A DNA stretch of 58,982 bases. It comes from Oscillospiraceae bacterium (lineage in GTDB: Bacteria > Bacillota > Clostridia > Oscillospirales > Ruminococcaceae). Of this stretch, positions 9,001 to 16,565 are shown one piece after another; position 1 is the first letter of the stretch; every line of letters starts with the position of its first letter. The stretch covers positions 1 through 58,982 of the forward strand of contig SVNB01000001.1 of NCBI GenBank assembly GCA_015067125.1. Direction: 5' to 3'. The translations under genes were made by a program, and so were the position numbers. Under the pieces are notes generated by a model. The model made no database searches and was not told the origin of the DNA. It saw only the letters and a list, made by a program, of their open reading frames with translations.

Positions 9001-11463
9001 CTGGAATTCAATACAGATAATCGGAACTTCGGGAGAGCAATAGACTTTTTTCTCAAACATCTGAGCATCGACGATTTTGAGGAAGTCTGCTTCTTCTTCA
9101 AGCATTTCGGAATAATGCTTTATAAGGTTGCTTTCGTTTTCGTTTTCATCTTCATCTTCTTCGCCTTCTGCGGTTATTTTCTCAAGAAGGTCTTTGATAA
9201 ATCCTGCGATATCGTCGCCTTCCTCATCATCGCCGCTATTATCGTCTTCGTCATCGCCTTCTTCGTCGGCTTCTTTAGTAACCATGGTTGCGTTTACGCC
9301 AAGGCTTGTAAAGTTACGAAGGTCAACGTTTGCATTAACGCGGTATTCAGAGATATAAGGGAACGGACCCCAGTTATCCCAGATTGCTTTATGGGAAGCA
9401 CCTATATCAATGCTGAGTTCTTCAAGGAATTCACCGCTGATTGTAATTTCAATGGTATTGTCGCTTCCCTGCTTGGAAAGGGTAAGAGTTCCCTCCATTT
9501 CAAGTCCGACTACAAGACCTTTTCCATTATATTTATCAAGGTGAGAAGGACGAATACCAACGGTGGGTTTGATTTTCTCAAGCTCAAATTCAGCTTTTAC
9601 GGAGGAATCCATAAGCTGAAGTTCTTCCGGAGAAATCGGAGTTCCGTCAGAAAGCTCAACTTTATAATCCTCAAGATTCATATTTTCGCTGAGCTTGGTG
9701 AAGTTTTCGGTTGCAAGAGCAAGAGAAGCAAGATATTCGGCAGCTTCTTCGGCAAAGCCGCTGTCGATTGCCTGCTGTTCAATTTCTGCTTCAAGAGCCT
9801 CAACGTCAACACCCTCAAGGAGGAAATCTCCGGAAAGAGTGTCGGTGGTGTAAACGTCCATTGCAGAAACAACATTATCCCAATCGGTTTTGGAATATGT
9901 AATGGTGGTTGTGCCGTCGCCGTTATCTTTAACTTTGATAACTTTACCGTAAACTCCGGTAAGTTTTGCTACATTTTCTCCGGATTCAATTCCAAAGGTT
10001 CCGGTATAGAAAACAAGGAAGTCACCGGCATCAACGGTGGTCTGGCTGTCCAGTTCGATATTTGCGTAAGCGTCTGCGGAATAGTCAAGATATTTATTTT
10101 CAACGGTTACGGAGTTTTCATCCTCATCGGTATCTGCATCAACGGGCATAGGAAGCATATCCGGTTCAAAAATGATATCTTCTGCTTCTGCTTTCTGATA
10201 AGAATATTTATCTCCGTTCCTACCGGTGATTTCTATGTATGCAACTTCTCCGCATTCTTCATAGGGAGTATCAAGAGTACGAAGGTCGGGGCGAACGCCT
10301 TTATAAACGGTTACGATTTCGCCGATTTCAAGTTTGCCTTTGCTATACTTGAAAGTACCTTTATCAAGTTTTGCAAGGTCGGTTTCACCTTCGGTGCTCA
10401 TGGTATAAAGCGGAATATTAAGATTTTCAACACCCTCACCGTTTATAGTGATTTCGCTGAGATCGGAAGCAGGAATATAAGTGATATCATCATTATATTT
10501 AAGGTTGGAAACCTCTTCTTTATACGTGGTAAAGTTATATTCACGAACGCTTTCCGGTTCATCTTTAAAGCTGAGTCTTCCGTCTTTAAGGACAATGCGG
10601 AAGGAAGCCCCTTCTTCAAATCCGGGTTTGGAAAGATGTGTACCGGAAATAAAGAAAGTTCCGTTTCCTCCGGTAACTCTGATAAAATCTTTCTGGTCCG
10701 GGCTGGAAAGGTTTTTAGCCTCGATTCCCGCAAGAACGGTTTTAGCATCGATATCTTTATCTTCAGTTACAACTGTGATTCTGAAATTGCTTTCAACATC
10801 GGTTGCGCTTGCAAACTTTTTGCTTTCGATTGCTTCAAGCGGTTCCATTTCAATATAAGAAGCATAAAGAGAAATATCTTTTTCAACAACATCCGTGCTT
10901 GTTACGGGCATGGTTGCACCTTCGTCATAATACCAGCCTTTAAAAATACTGTTTGCCCTGTAAGGGGTCGAAAAACTGTTTATGGCCGTTCCGGGTGCCA
11001 CTTTCTTTGTTTCAAAAGAAGTTCCGCCGTTTGTAAAGAATTTTACGTTAAAAGTTTTTTCCGGCTTACCGGAACCCGAACCGCTTCCGCTTCCTCCGGG
11101 GATAATAACTTCAACGTCTGCGTCATCTTTATTATCCGGTTTGTTGTTTCCGGTGATTGAATCAACTATTTTATCCCAAAAACTTTTTTTATCGTCTTTT
11201 TCCTCATCAGGTTCTTCTTCCGGTTCCTCCTCCGAACCCTGCGGTTCTTTAGGTTCCTCCGGTTTTTCGTTTTCTTCCTGAGTATTGCCCGGATTTTCCT
11301 CGGGTTCGTCTGTGGGTTGTTCCACTCCCGGATTTACAACCGGAATATCTTCCTGGCCGGTTATAAGCGGAACAAAAATTACCGCAAGAACAATGATTGC
11401 AATTACAGAAAAAACTGCAATCACCTTTTTTGCGGAAAATTTAGAAGCAAAATCTTTCCACAT
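3064..11463 (-). CDS. Giant (2,799 aa) N-terminally membrane-anchored surface protein with many Listeria-Bacteroides (Flg_new-type) repeats and MucBP-like modules
   Basis: GGAGGAG RBS. N-terminal TM segment (VIAVFSVIAIIVLAVIFVPLI), then a P/E-rich acidic linker. At least 14 repeats end in G(Y/F)xFxGW (e.g. GYTFAGWY, GYNFEGWF, GYTFEGWY). Four or more interleaved IPYRVEHY / YRIEYY / YTINHY modules. Central region of about 1,000 aa and C-terminal region of about 460 aa are unassigned; the latter starts with a Calx-beta-like segment. No LPXTG motif. Confidence 0.85.
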   Translation of the reverse strand: MWKDFASKFSAKKVIAVFSVIAIIVLAVIFVPLITGQEDIPVVNPGVEQPTDEPEENPGNTQEENEKPEEPKEPQGSEEEPEEEPDEEKDDKKSFWDKIVDSITGNNKPDNKDDADVEVIIPGGSGSGSGSGKPEKTFNVKFFTNGGTSFETKKVAPGTAINSFSTPYRANSIFKGWYYDEGATMPVTSTDVVEKDISLYASYIEMEPLEAIESKKFASATDVESNFRITVVTEDKDIDAKTVLAGIEAKNLSSPDQKDFIRVTGGNGTFFISGTHLSKPGFEEGASFRIVLKDGRLSFKDEPESVREYNFTTYKEEVSNLKYNDDITYIPASDLSEITINGEGVENLNIPLYTMSTEGETDLAKLDKGTFKYSKGKLEIGEIVTVYKGVRPDLRTLDTPYEECGEVAYIEITGRNGDKYSYQKAEAEDIIFEPDMLPMPVDADTDEDENSVTVENKYLDYSADAYANIELDSQTTVDAGDFLVFYTGTFGIESGENVAKLTGVYGKVIKVKDNGDGTTTITYSKTDWDNVVSAMDVYTTDTLSGDFLLEGVDVEALEAEIEQQAIDSGFAEEAAEYLASLALATENFTKLSENMNLEDYKVELSDGTPISPEELQLMDSSVKAEFELEKIKPTVGIRPSHLDKYNGKGLVVGLEMEGTLTLSKQGSDNTIEITISGEFLEELSIDIGASHKAIWDNWGPFPYISEYRVNANVDLRNFTSLGVNATMVTKEADEEGDDEDDNSGDDEEGDDIAGFIKDLLEKITAEGEEDEDENENESNLIKHYSEMLEEEADFLKIVDAQMFEKKVYCSPEVPIICIEFQADFIIEMEACVSIGFDFEYKTGKRYVFTIDVFDMMAYSDTITLVEETYEFCFYAMGRLGVRAGIELSFKIGLFDTSTNSIGLQAGAGAYTKLWGYFYYELTYSESEGKNQSYNGALLIEVGAFLEMGINAQVLEGALAKEWEILDMEWPLYHVGNADNVLDFTNPQEDMPEIKLKQYIRSTIIPDSTFLLHYLDLQEGEEKDAVYEDYFDPSKPESDKNRNNFTFTFTNDKFSYDPQTNKILVTPAEGDEKLEGEMVITWNHYPLAFSSKPIQRTISLYWDNVRDGYVIVPYTAGGTYIPIIEAKFEEKVEAPADPEKLGYTFAGWYSDEEYTTVYVFPESMPASDANIYAKWQARTDIPYRVEHYQQQLASGNYELFETEEFTGTTNTYVTPETKNYLGYNSPAKQELKVLADGSAVLRYYYDLKKATVTFNPGEIGGESVVYELKYGAKISAPVMAESGYTFAGWDKEVVPAMGTEDVVYTAQWTKNPDTEYRIEYYVQQVDGRYVLQHLEEKTGFTGDTISSEELRNAVIDVENGLTADEKFVSENAFEFDKMTVKGMKCETAEIAGNGKTVIKINYKRVSHTVTFDYGFDEKTVLNEICYEGAIHVPAAERTGYDFKGWSIDGENPVIPEEKVGLEDLTYKAVWEAHTYTVRFDKNSEVAAGTMEDIDLIYDKEQVLAENAFELENYEFAGWGIHSDGATDYSDGDKVINLTAENGAVITLYAHWKPKEFEIVYNGCEDAENPNPETYNIETETFVLSEPAKAGYIFGGWYKNASFAGDAVTAVEKGTTGKLDLYAKWEPRTDIPYRVEHYLETAEGEWTLSDTENLTGSIDTAIYPAVKSYEHYDAPFAEEVYLSIDGTTVVRYEYTRHYYTITLDAGIGALPEGAESTITAKHGTAIVLPTPVKEGYGFDGWYYGGAAFSGNVMPTENITLTAEYTEGQFGYTINHYLQNVDGNGYTSVESVTGTAAMDSEITAAINSYTGFASPADVETIVISYNEAENIVDYYYTRNQYDLTWNLNGGNAEGYTAGKVYYGAAIVAPVPAKTGYSYKWNAVPESVMPANDLEYTAIWTPNKYSVVFDLNGGSVVSGSAGTREVTFDSAYGELPVPAKQGYNFEGWFTAKEGGKEITAETVVSTGSNHTVYARFSAVTYSITYNGIEDAANENPAAYSVETGNITLKAPSRDGYTFEGWYTAEDFDGEAIKTIAANRGEDLVLFAKWAENSYKVIFHSNNGTGETTAMEEFTYTEEKALDKNTFVREGYVFLGWAKNKAATKADYTDEQIVGRLSGKANDEVHLYAVWSIQKYNITYVNLEGAENANDNPATFDAENNVITLYDPSKEGYTFEGWFTDADFENKVYGSITLEASHDWIFYAKWSPNRYVITFDSGLGNEVPKETMLMTYNQPANLTLISEMLNFNNPGYTFMGWATTKGGEVVYADGATVKNLAVSGGFNLYAVWQINSFNISYDLGVGGTNHANPEVYDFEDDDIVLKAPSAKEGFQFLGWYEGDALVNEIVKGTQKDFALTAKWAHGGFFSVKYTGDEETEDATNRIFTVTRTIPEGAVATANPQTVYYRTLNYTAYGSTVDVEQGGQNDKYHFLHAGGPDVFLVFNPGDTEMTFKVKEWGIETTADMAAAFANGLGEKRCYFVELYDVIDTVGGCEGGIDEENKRIQMSVELLPNGKSILNTDPYQWFGGVIDDWENTVTDDGYDENPIVFIDVNSHFTDKFGANEYLLGYINKTAGGLAMYTTMDIYEENDGYQWARFVQNGGGTLAEYSWETDPGDPDDTWRNGMHLPTTGSSQFGGVVKFPANSDHPCTNRWTIGSETINGSAVHYALVDPTREIYVEFDASGSLEDDWYFTNFAAYYKVADTVGPQQVGVAPMAFGTYHKGDTVFITVNYDEVINFIDVPSVALGDIEGLNLEQAMYIQGAGSNALVFMARVSEDFEITPDMNNALVNTKPVTATVYDIIGNHN

Positions 11464-11615
11464 ATCTTTCTCCTCCTGTCAAAATACCGGGTGTGCGCCT
11501 TTCCAAAATCCGCACACTATCGGTGTATTCTTTTACATTATAATATTTATTCTGTTAAAATAATTTGAAAGGAGTGAAATGCGGTTTTATTTGCGCGAAC
11601 GGTCAAAAGGATAGA

Positions 11616-11644
11616 TTGAATCCGTTCGATACCGGTGGTATAAT
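11616..11644 (+). promoter_or_regulatory. Sigma-70-like promoter of the two-component operon
   Basis: TTGAAT (11616-11621), 17-nt spacer, TATAAT (11639-11644) with TGG immediately upstream. About 45 nt before the ATG at 11687. Confidence 0.55.
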
Positions 11645-11686
11645 TTAATTTGAAAAATTATATAACTATTTAAAGAAGGTGAAAAA

Positions 11687-12412
11687 ATGCTGCGGATCGC
11701 TGTGTGTGATGATAATTCTGAATTTATAAAGCAAATTACAGATATAATCAGCCACTGGGAACACAAACCGGAAAACACCGTATGCGAAACCTTTGAAAAC
11801 GGCGATGAACTTATCGATACGCACCAAACTGCGCCTTTTGATATCATCTTTCTTGATGTTGTTATGCCAATGCTCAACGGCATCGAAACCGCAAAAGAAA
11901 TCCGTCAAAAAGATAAAAACGTAAAAATCGTTTTTCTTACTTCATCTTCAGAATTCGCGGTCGAATCATATACCGTAAAAGCAAACAACTATCTTCTTAA
12001 ACCCGTTTCCGAAAAAAATCTGCTTGATTGTCTTGATGAACTTTCCGAAGAATCGAACAAAAACCTTCGCACCATAACCGTAAAAGGTATTCATACAATG
12101 CAAAAACTTGCCATGGCAGATATAATTTATATCGAAGCACAGAACAAGCACATTGTTTTTACAATGTTCGACGGAACAAAAATCGAAACGACAGAACCTT
12201 TGCATATCTGGGAAGAAAAACTGACCCTTGATAACGGCTTTTTCAAATGCCATCGCAGCTATATTGTAAACATAAACCATATCGATACATATATGTCAAA
12301 AGAAATTAAAATGCATTCCGGTGATATCATTCCAATTGCCCGCAGCTACCAAAAGTCTTTTGATTCGGCTTATTTTGCCGTTTTTTTCGGAAGGGCCGGT
12401 GAGGACGGATGA
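11687..12412 (+). CDS. LytTR-family (LytR/AlgR/AgrA-type) response regulator
   Basis: GAAGGTGA RBS. Receiver domain (LRIAVCDDN..., IIFLDVVMP) plus a C-terminal LytTR-type DNA-binding domain (FFKCHRSYIVNINHI). Confidence 0.85.
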   Translation: MLRIAVCDDNSEFIKQITDIISHWEHKPENTVCETFENGDELIDTHQTAPFDIIFLDVVMPMLNGIETAKEIRQKDKNVKIVFLTSSSEFAVESYTVKANNYLLKPVSEKNLLDCLDELSEESNKNLRTITVKGIHTMQKLAMADIIYIEAQNKHIVFTMFDGTKIETTEPLHIWEEKLTLDNGFFKCHRSYIVNINHIDTYMSKEIKMHSGDIIPIARSYQKSFDSAYFAVFFGRAGEDG

Positions 12413-13674
12413 CGGATAATATTCTTATTGTAATTCATGCCGGTTTTCTTTTGCTTTTCGGCGTTTTTCTTTCTGCGGCATTTGCCGGAATAAAAATCAG
12501 CAAAAAAAATTTCGCTGTTCTTTTTTCATTCTGCCTTGCAAGCGGAGCGATTCAGGCCATGCTGTATGTGCTTCTTTCCGAGGAAGTTGTTTGGAAAATG
12601 TATCCTTTTGTTTCACATTTTCCGCTTTTTCTGCTCCTCATAATCGGATACCGCAAAAGGATTTCAACAGCAGTCGTTTCAATCTGCACCGCATATTTAT
12701 GCTGCCAACCGGCAAAATGGATTGGACTTTCGTCAAAAGCTGTTTTCGAAAATTCTACAGCAGAATATATCGCAAGAATTCTTACACTTACGCTCGTTTT
12801 TGTTTTTATTTTCTTCCGGCTTTCGGACTATATGGCCGAAATTTTTGACAAAGAAGAAAAAGCGGTATATATTTTCGGAATAACGCCGATATTGTATTAC
12901 GTTTTTGATTACATCTCCGCAATCTATACCGATTTCTGGACTTCGCACATTCACGAAGCGGCAGAATTTCTTTCCCTTTTCCTTTGCATAGTTTTTCTTG
13001 TCTTCTGCTTTGTGTATCACCGGGAATATGAAGAAAAGGCAGATGCTCAGCGTAAGGAACAGATTATTCGCATTACCGTCGAAGAGCAGAAAAAAGAACT
13101 TGATGCCGTAAAACGCAGCGAAGGAGCAATCAGAATTATACGGCATGATTTAAGACATTTTCTTGCAAATCTTTCAACCTGTATTGATAATAATGATAAG
13201 ATCACCGCAAAGAAGATGATTTCATCCTACGTTGATAACATTGATTCAACCGTTGTTAAAAAATACTGCGGAAACACAACAATAAATTATATCCTTTCAA
13301 GTTTTCATGAAAAATGCAAAGAAGAGCAGATAAATTTTGTATGCAGTGCAGAAATTTCGGATGTATCCTGTGACGAAACAATGCTTTCAACCATCATTTC
13401 AAATGCGCTGGATAATGCCATAAACGCTCAAAAACAGCTTCCGGAAGAACAGCGAAAAATTAAAATCATGATTAAAAATCATAACGAAAAGCTGCTTCTT
13501 TCAGTAAAAAATCCTTTTGCAAAAGCTCCGGTTTTTATAAACAGAATACCGGTTTCCAACCAGAAAGGACATGGATTCGGAACCCAGAGCATTATATATC
13601 TTACAGAACGCATGGGAGGAAACTGCCGGTTTGAAATTGAAAACGGTGAATTTGTCTTAATGGTTGTTATTTAA
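12409..13674 (+). CDS. AgrC/ComD-like GHKL sensor histidine kinase with polytopic N-terminal sensor
   Basis: ATGA overlap with the regulator gene. About 6 hydrophobic segments. H-box-like IRHDLRHFL, N-box ISNALDNAINA, G-box KGHGFGTQS. Confidence 0.8.
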   Translation: MTDNILIVIHAGFLLLFGVFLSAAFAGIKISKKNFAVLFSFCLASGAIQAMLYVLLSEEVVWKMYPFVSHFPLFLLLIIGYRKRISTAVVSICTAYLCCQPAKWIGLSSKAVFENSTAEYIARILTLTLVFVFIFFRLSDYMAEIFDKEEKAVYIFGITPILYYVFDYISAIYTDFWTSHIHEAAEFLSLFLCIVFLVFCFVYHREYEEKADAQRKEQIIRITVEEQKKELDAVKRSEGAIRIIRHDLRHFLANLSTCIDNNDKITAKKMISSYVDNIDSTVVKKYCGNTTINYILSSFHEKCKEEQINFVCSAEISDVSCDETMLSTIISNALDNAINAQKQLPEEQRKIKIMIKNHNEKLLLSVKNPFAKAPVFINRIPVSNQKGHGFGTQSIIYLTERMGGNCRFEIENGEFVLMVVI

Positions 13675-13704
13675 CCTTTTTCCTAAAATATTTATGTACT
13701 AAAA

Positions 13705-13745
13705 AGCACCGCCTTGCTTTCGCAAGACGGTGCTTCTGTTTTGCA
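13705..13745 (+). terminator. Intrinsic terminator after the kinase gene
   Basis: AGCACCGCCTTGC-TTTC-GCAAGACGGTGCT (one mismatch) followed by a T-rich tail. Confidence 0.6.
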
Positions 13746-13747
13746 TA

Positions 13748-13936
13748 TCAGATCCTCACCTTTGCGGCAAAGCCGCCGCAGAAAAAGAAGGTGTTCATCC
13801 AATACTTTTCCGGCAGAGGCAACCCACCATTACAAAGTATTACGAAAAAATCCATATGAATATCGTGCTCAAAATGAGCACGGCACCCGGAATAGCGACT
13901 ACAGCACTTGAGCACCATAATCACTTTACCCGTCAT
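13748..13936 (-). pseudogene. Possible degenerate or truncated DUF523-like fragment (62-aa ORF)
   Basis: CSRYSG and CNGGLPLPE resemble the CRYDG and GGLPTPRVPAE motifs of the intact DUF523 gene at 49693..50124, with similar spacing. The 14-mer TGCTCAAAAAGGAG occurs upstream of both. The ORF is far shorter than the 143-aa paralog and has a poor RBS. Confidence 0.25.
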
Positions 13937-13991
13937 TCCCCTGCGAAAAAGATGCTCGGTTCTTGCTCCTTTTTGAGCAATTCTGTCTTAC

Positions 13992-14022
13992 AAAAAAATC
14001 CGGCAAATTACGCCGGATTTTT
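13992..14022 (-). terminator. Terminator of the pilus operon
   Basis: ATCCGGC-loop-GCCGGAT hairpin flanked by an A-run and a T-run. On the minus strand it is followed by TTTTTTT, about 60 nt after the sortase stop. Confidence 0.7.
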
Positions 14023-14082
14023 GATTTTCTGTATTTTGTTTGTGAACAACGGTCTGAATATCAGCTTTTTGCGTTTACATTG

Positions 14083-14700
14083 TTATTGATTGCGGTCGCA
14101 TCTTATTGCAACGCGAAAAGTTCCTGCCGGATTACAGGTAAAAAGGGTAAGATCCCATCCGCTTGTCATTTCTTCGATCGCCTCCGGCGGAAGCACTTCT
14201 GCTGCGGCAACGGAATAACAGAACCTGTTTCCGTCCATATCCGTAAAAATAACCTCATCCCCGGCGGAAAGATTTTCAATCTCCCGGAAATGGGATTTAT
14301 AGTTGTGCGCCGCAATTACCATATTATCAAGATAGACAGAGCCAAAATACCGGCATGGAGCAATTTTAAGGTTCGGATAACTCCATTCGCTTATAACCGG
14401 CAGCTTGATTCCGATCATGGGAATTTCCAAAGTTCCGATATATCCTATTCCGTCGATTTCCGTTTCCGGCATCTCCATTTCCGGATTAAGAATATAATCC
14501 GGAATCTCCTCTTCCGCGGCGTTTTCGAATATTTCAAAATCTTCTTCAATAACTATCTTCTGTTCAAGAATTCCGACTGCTTCTTCCGAAAAAATCTTCG
14601 CGTTTTTTTCTTCGGTTATGTTATAAACCGAAAGAACCGCGGCAGAAAGGATTAAAATCAATCCTACTATAATAAGTCCGGTTCCTCTTTTATTTTTCAT
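14083..14700 (-). CDS. Sortase (small, about 205 aa; housekeeping/class D-like), last gene of the pilus operon
   Basis: Start placed at MKNKRGTGLIIVGLILIL (signal anchor), overlapping the upstream gene by 11 nt. Catalytic-type residues AAHNY (His), TLFTC (Cys) and RVAIRC (Arg). Confidence 0.8.
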   Translation of the reverse strand: MKNKRGTGLIIVGLILILSAAVLSVYNITEEKNAKIFSEEAVGILEQKIVIEEDFEIFENAAEEEIPDYILNPEMEMPETEIDGIGYIGTLEIPMIGIKLPVISEWSYPNLKIAPCRYFGSVYLDNMVIAAHNYKSHFREIENLSAGDEVIFTDMDGNRFCYSVAAAEVLPPEAIEEMTSGWDLTLFTCNPAGTFRVAIRCDRNQ

Positions 14701-15658
14701 AGCCGCCTCTTCTTCTGAAAATTCCCACAGCAACAAAAAGAAGTCCCATTCCGAAAAGCACAGGAACAGGCCACCAAAGCTGACCGGTCTGTGGAAGTTT
14801 CGGTTCATCCGGGTCCTTCGGCGGTTCCGGTTTTTCCGGCGGTTTTGGTTTTTCAATACTGTTTTCGATTACAAATGTTATTCCTTCCTTTGTAATTCGA
14901 ACGGTATATCCTTCCGGATTGTTTTCCGAAACAAGCCATTGATGTCCTTCCTCAAGCTTTTCCCAGGTATATCGCCAGCTGTTATCTTCATTAAGAATCA
15001 CAGTATCGTAAATTTTTCCGTCGCAGAAAAGATAAACGGTAATCTCCTTCGGGCGGATGGCTTCATAGCCTTTGTCATTCCAGATTTTAAGAACTTTTCT
15101 TGTTATAAAGCTGTCCGGCTCCAAATCCGGAACGGAACTGTACTTCGGTTTTATGGAAACGTCATAATTCCAAACTTTTTTCTCATTATCCAAAACCGGA
15201 ATCTGTATTATCGCGGTTTCCGCAAAATAAGTGTACCCGTCAACCGAAACAGGATTTCCGATAACAAGATAAAGTCCCGGTTTTAAACCCCCAAGCACTA
15301 AAATTCCCTCGGAATCCGTTTTCCCCTTTGCCGCAGGAACAAAACCGTTTTGATAAACAAAACCTTCAAGGGCAGAAGCAAGCTCTCTCCATGCTTCGTC
15401 GTTTTTTCCGATTATGTTTACATTAAAATCACTGAATTCTTCTGTAACAACAAATTCCCCGTTTTCGGTTATGTTCGCAACAAGATAAACCGAAAATTCC
15501 GCGTCGGAAAGATTTTTTTCTCCCTCACGAAAAATTATTTCAAGGCTTGATTCCCTCTCCGGATCGATTTTTTCCGAAACCGCAAAAACCTTTGCGGAAG
15601 CGCAGAAAAGGATTATGAGCATAAGCAACAAAGCCAAAAATTTTTTAGCTTTCGCCAT
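14690..15658 (-). CDS. LPXTG-anchored Cna-B-domain pilin (minor/basal pilin candidate)
   Basis: GGAGG lies 8 nt before the ATG at 15658 (MAKAKKFLALLL..., signal peptide). Cna-B-like segment VLKIWNDKGYEAIRPKEITVYLF...WLVSENNPEGYTV. Proline-rich stalk, then LPQTG, a hydrophobic segment and an RRRG tail. Confidence 0.8.
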   Translation of the reverse strand: MAKAKKFLALLLMLIILFCASAKVFAVSEKIDPERESSLEIIFREGEKNLSDAEFSVYLVANITENGEFVVTEEFSDFNVNIIGKNDEAWRELASALEGFVYQNGFVPAAKGKTDSEGILVLGGLKPGLYLVIGNPVSVDGYTYFAETAIIQIPVLDNEKKVWNYDVSIKPKYSSVPDLEPDSFITRKVLKIWNDKGYEAIRPKEITVYLFCDGKIYDTVILNEDNSWRYTWEKLEEGHQWLVSENNPEGYTVRITKEGITFVIENSIEKPKPPEKPEPPKDPDEPKLPQTGQLWWPVPVLFGMGLLFVAVGIFRRRGGYEK

Positions 15659-16481
15659 AATCATCACCTCCGCTTTTTTTCTTCGGAATCATTATCTTAA
15701 CAAACAAAACAAAAAGAATCGGTGCCGCAACAATCGGCGCAATTATAAGGGGTTCGATCTGTACCGCTTCAGAAACGACCCGGATATTTTTTGCTTCTTC
15801 CGGATTTTCAACTCTTTCACCCCGAACAAGAATTCTGTGCGTATTTATCGCATAGGGAGTGCAGGTTATAAGGGTGCAGTAATCCTTTTCTTTTTCGATT
15901 AAAAGGCTTTCCGTTTCGTGGGGTTCAACAATCATAATGCTGTCAACCTCATAGGTAAAAACTTCGTCAAGAACACGAAGAATAAAAATATCCCCGACAA
16001 TAACTTTATCAAGATCGGTAAAAAGCTTTGCGGAAGGAAGTCCCCTGTGTCCGGAAAGAACGCAGTGGGTGCTTTTTCCGCCGACAGGAAGGCTTGACCA
16101 TTCAAGATGCCCAACCGCAATCTGCAAAACGGAATCTTCCGTTCCGTGATAAATCGGAAGGGTGCAGTTTATCGACGGGATTTCTATATATCCCATAATT
16201 CCGATTCCGGAAACATCAAGAAGCTTTTCATATTCCGCTTCCTGTTCTTCGCTTAAAACATAGTGGTTTGTTCTTCCGACAAGCTTTTCGTTATATGCTC
16301 TTGCTTCTGAAAGAATCCTGTCATATTTTTCCTCATCAAGGTTTTCTATCTGCTTTGTATAGTCAACAATAACCTCGGTCTGGGTAAAAGAGTTCCAATA
16401 GTTGCTGAAAGAAGGATAGAGAAGCAAGGACAAGCCTGCAACAAGAATCAATATTAACAATATGTTCGTTTTGTTCTTCAT
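15645..16481 (-). CDS. Class C (pilin-polymerising) sortase
   Basis: N-terminal signal anchor, VLSGHRG (His), TLITCTPYAINTHRILVRGERV (Cys/Arg), plus a C-terminal hydrophobic anchor typical of class C enzymes. Confidence 0.85.
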   Translation of the reverse strand: MKNKTNILLILILVAGLSLLLYPSFSNYWNSFTQTEVIVDYTKQIENLDEEKYDRILSEARAYNEKLVGRTNHYVLSEEQEAEYEKLLDVSGIGIMGYIEIPSINCTLPIYHGTEDSVLQIAVGHLEWSSLPVGGKSTHCVLSGHRGLPSAKLFTDLDKVIVGDIFILRVLDEVFTYEVDSIMIVEPHETESLLIEKEKDYCTLITCTPYAINTHRILVRGERVENPEEAKNIRVVSEAVQIEPLIIAPIVAAPILFVLFVKIMIPKKKSGGDDYGES

Positions 16482-16565
16482 TGCAGCCCTCTCCTTGCCG
16501 CACAGCCGCCTATTTCAGGCGGCTGTGCGGTTCTTTTAAATGTGTAATAATATTACTGAATAATT

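Noticed and set aside
3070-11160. 2,696-aa open reading frame on the + strand opposite the giant surface-protein gene.
   Set aside because: It is in exact codon register with the minus-strand gene, so a stop would need a sense TTA, CTA or TCA codon, and the real gene simply avoids those. The translation is F/I/C/K/N-rich nonsense with no RBS and no recognisable motifs. The uninterrupted length reflects the host's codon bias, not a second gene.
13730-14089. 119-aa + strand ORF after the kinase gene, considered as a possible Agr-type peptide or processing gene.
   Set aside because: It spans two terminators, has no RBS and has no AgrB/AgrD-like features.
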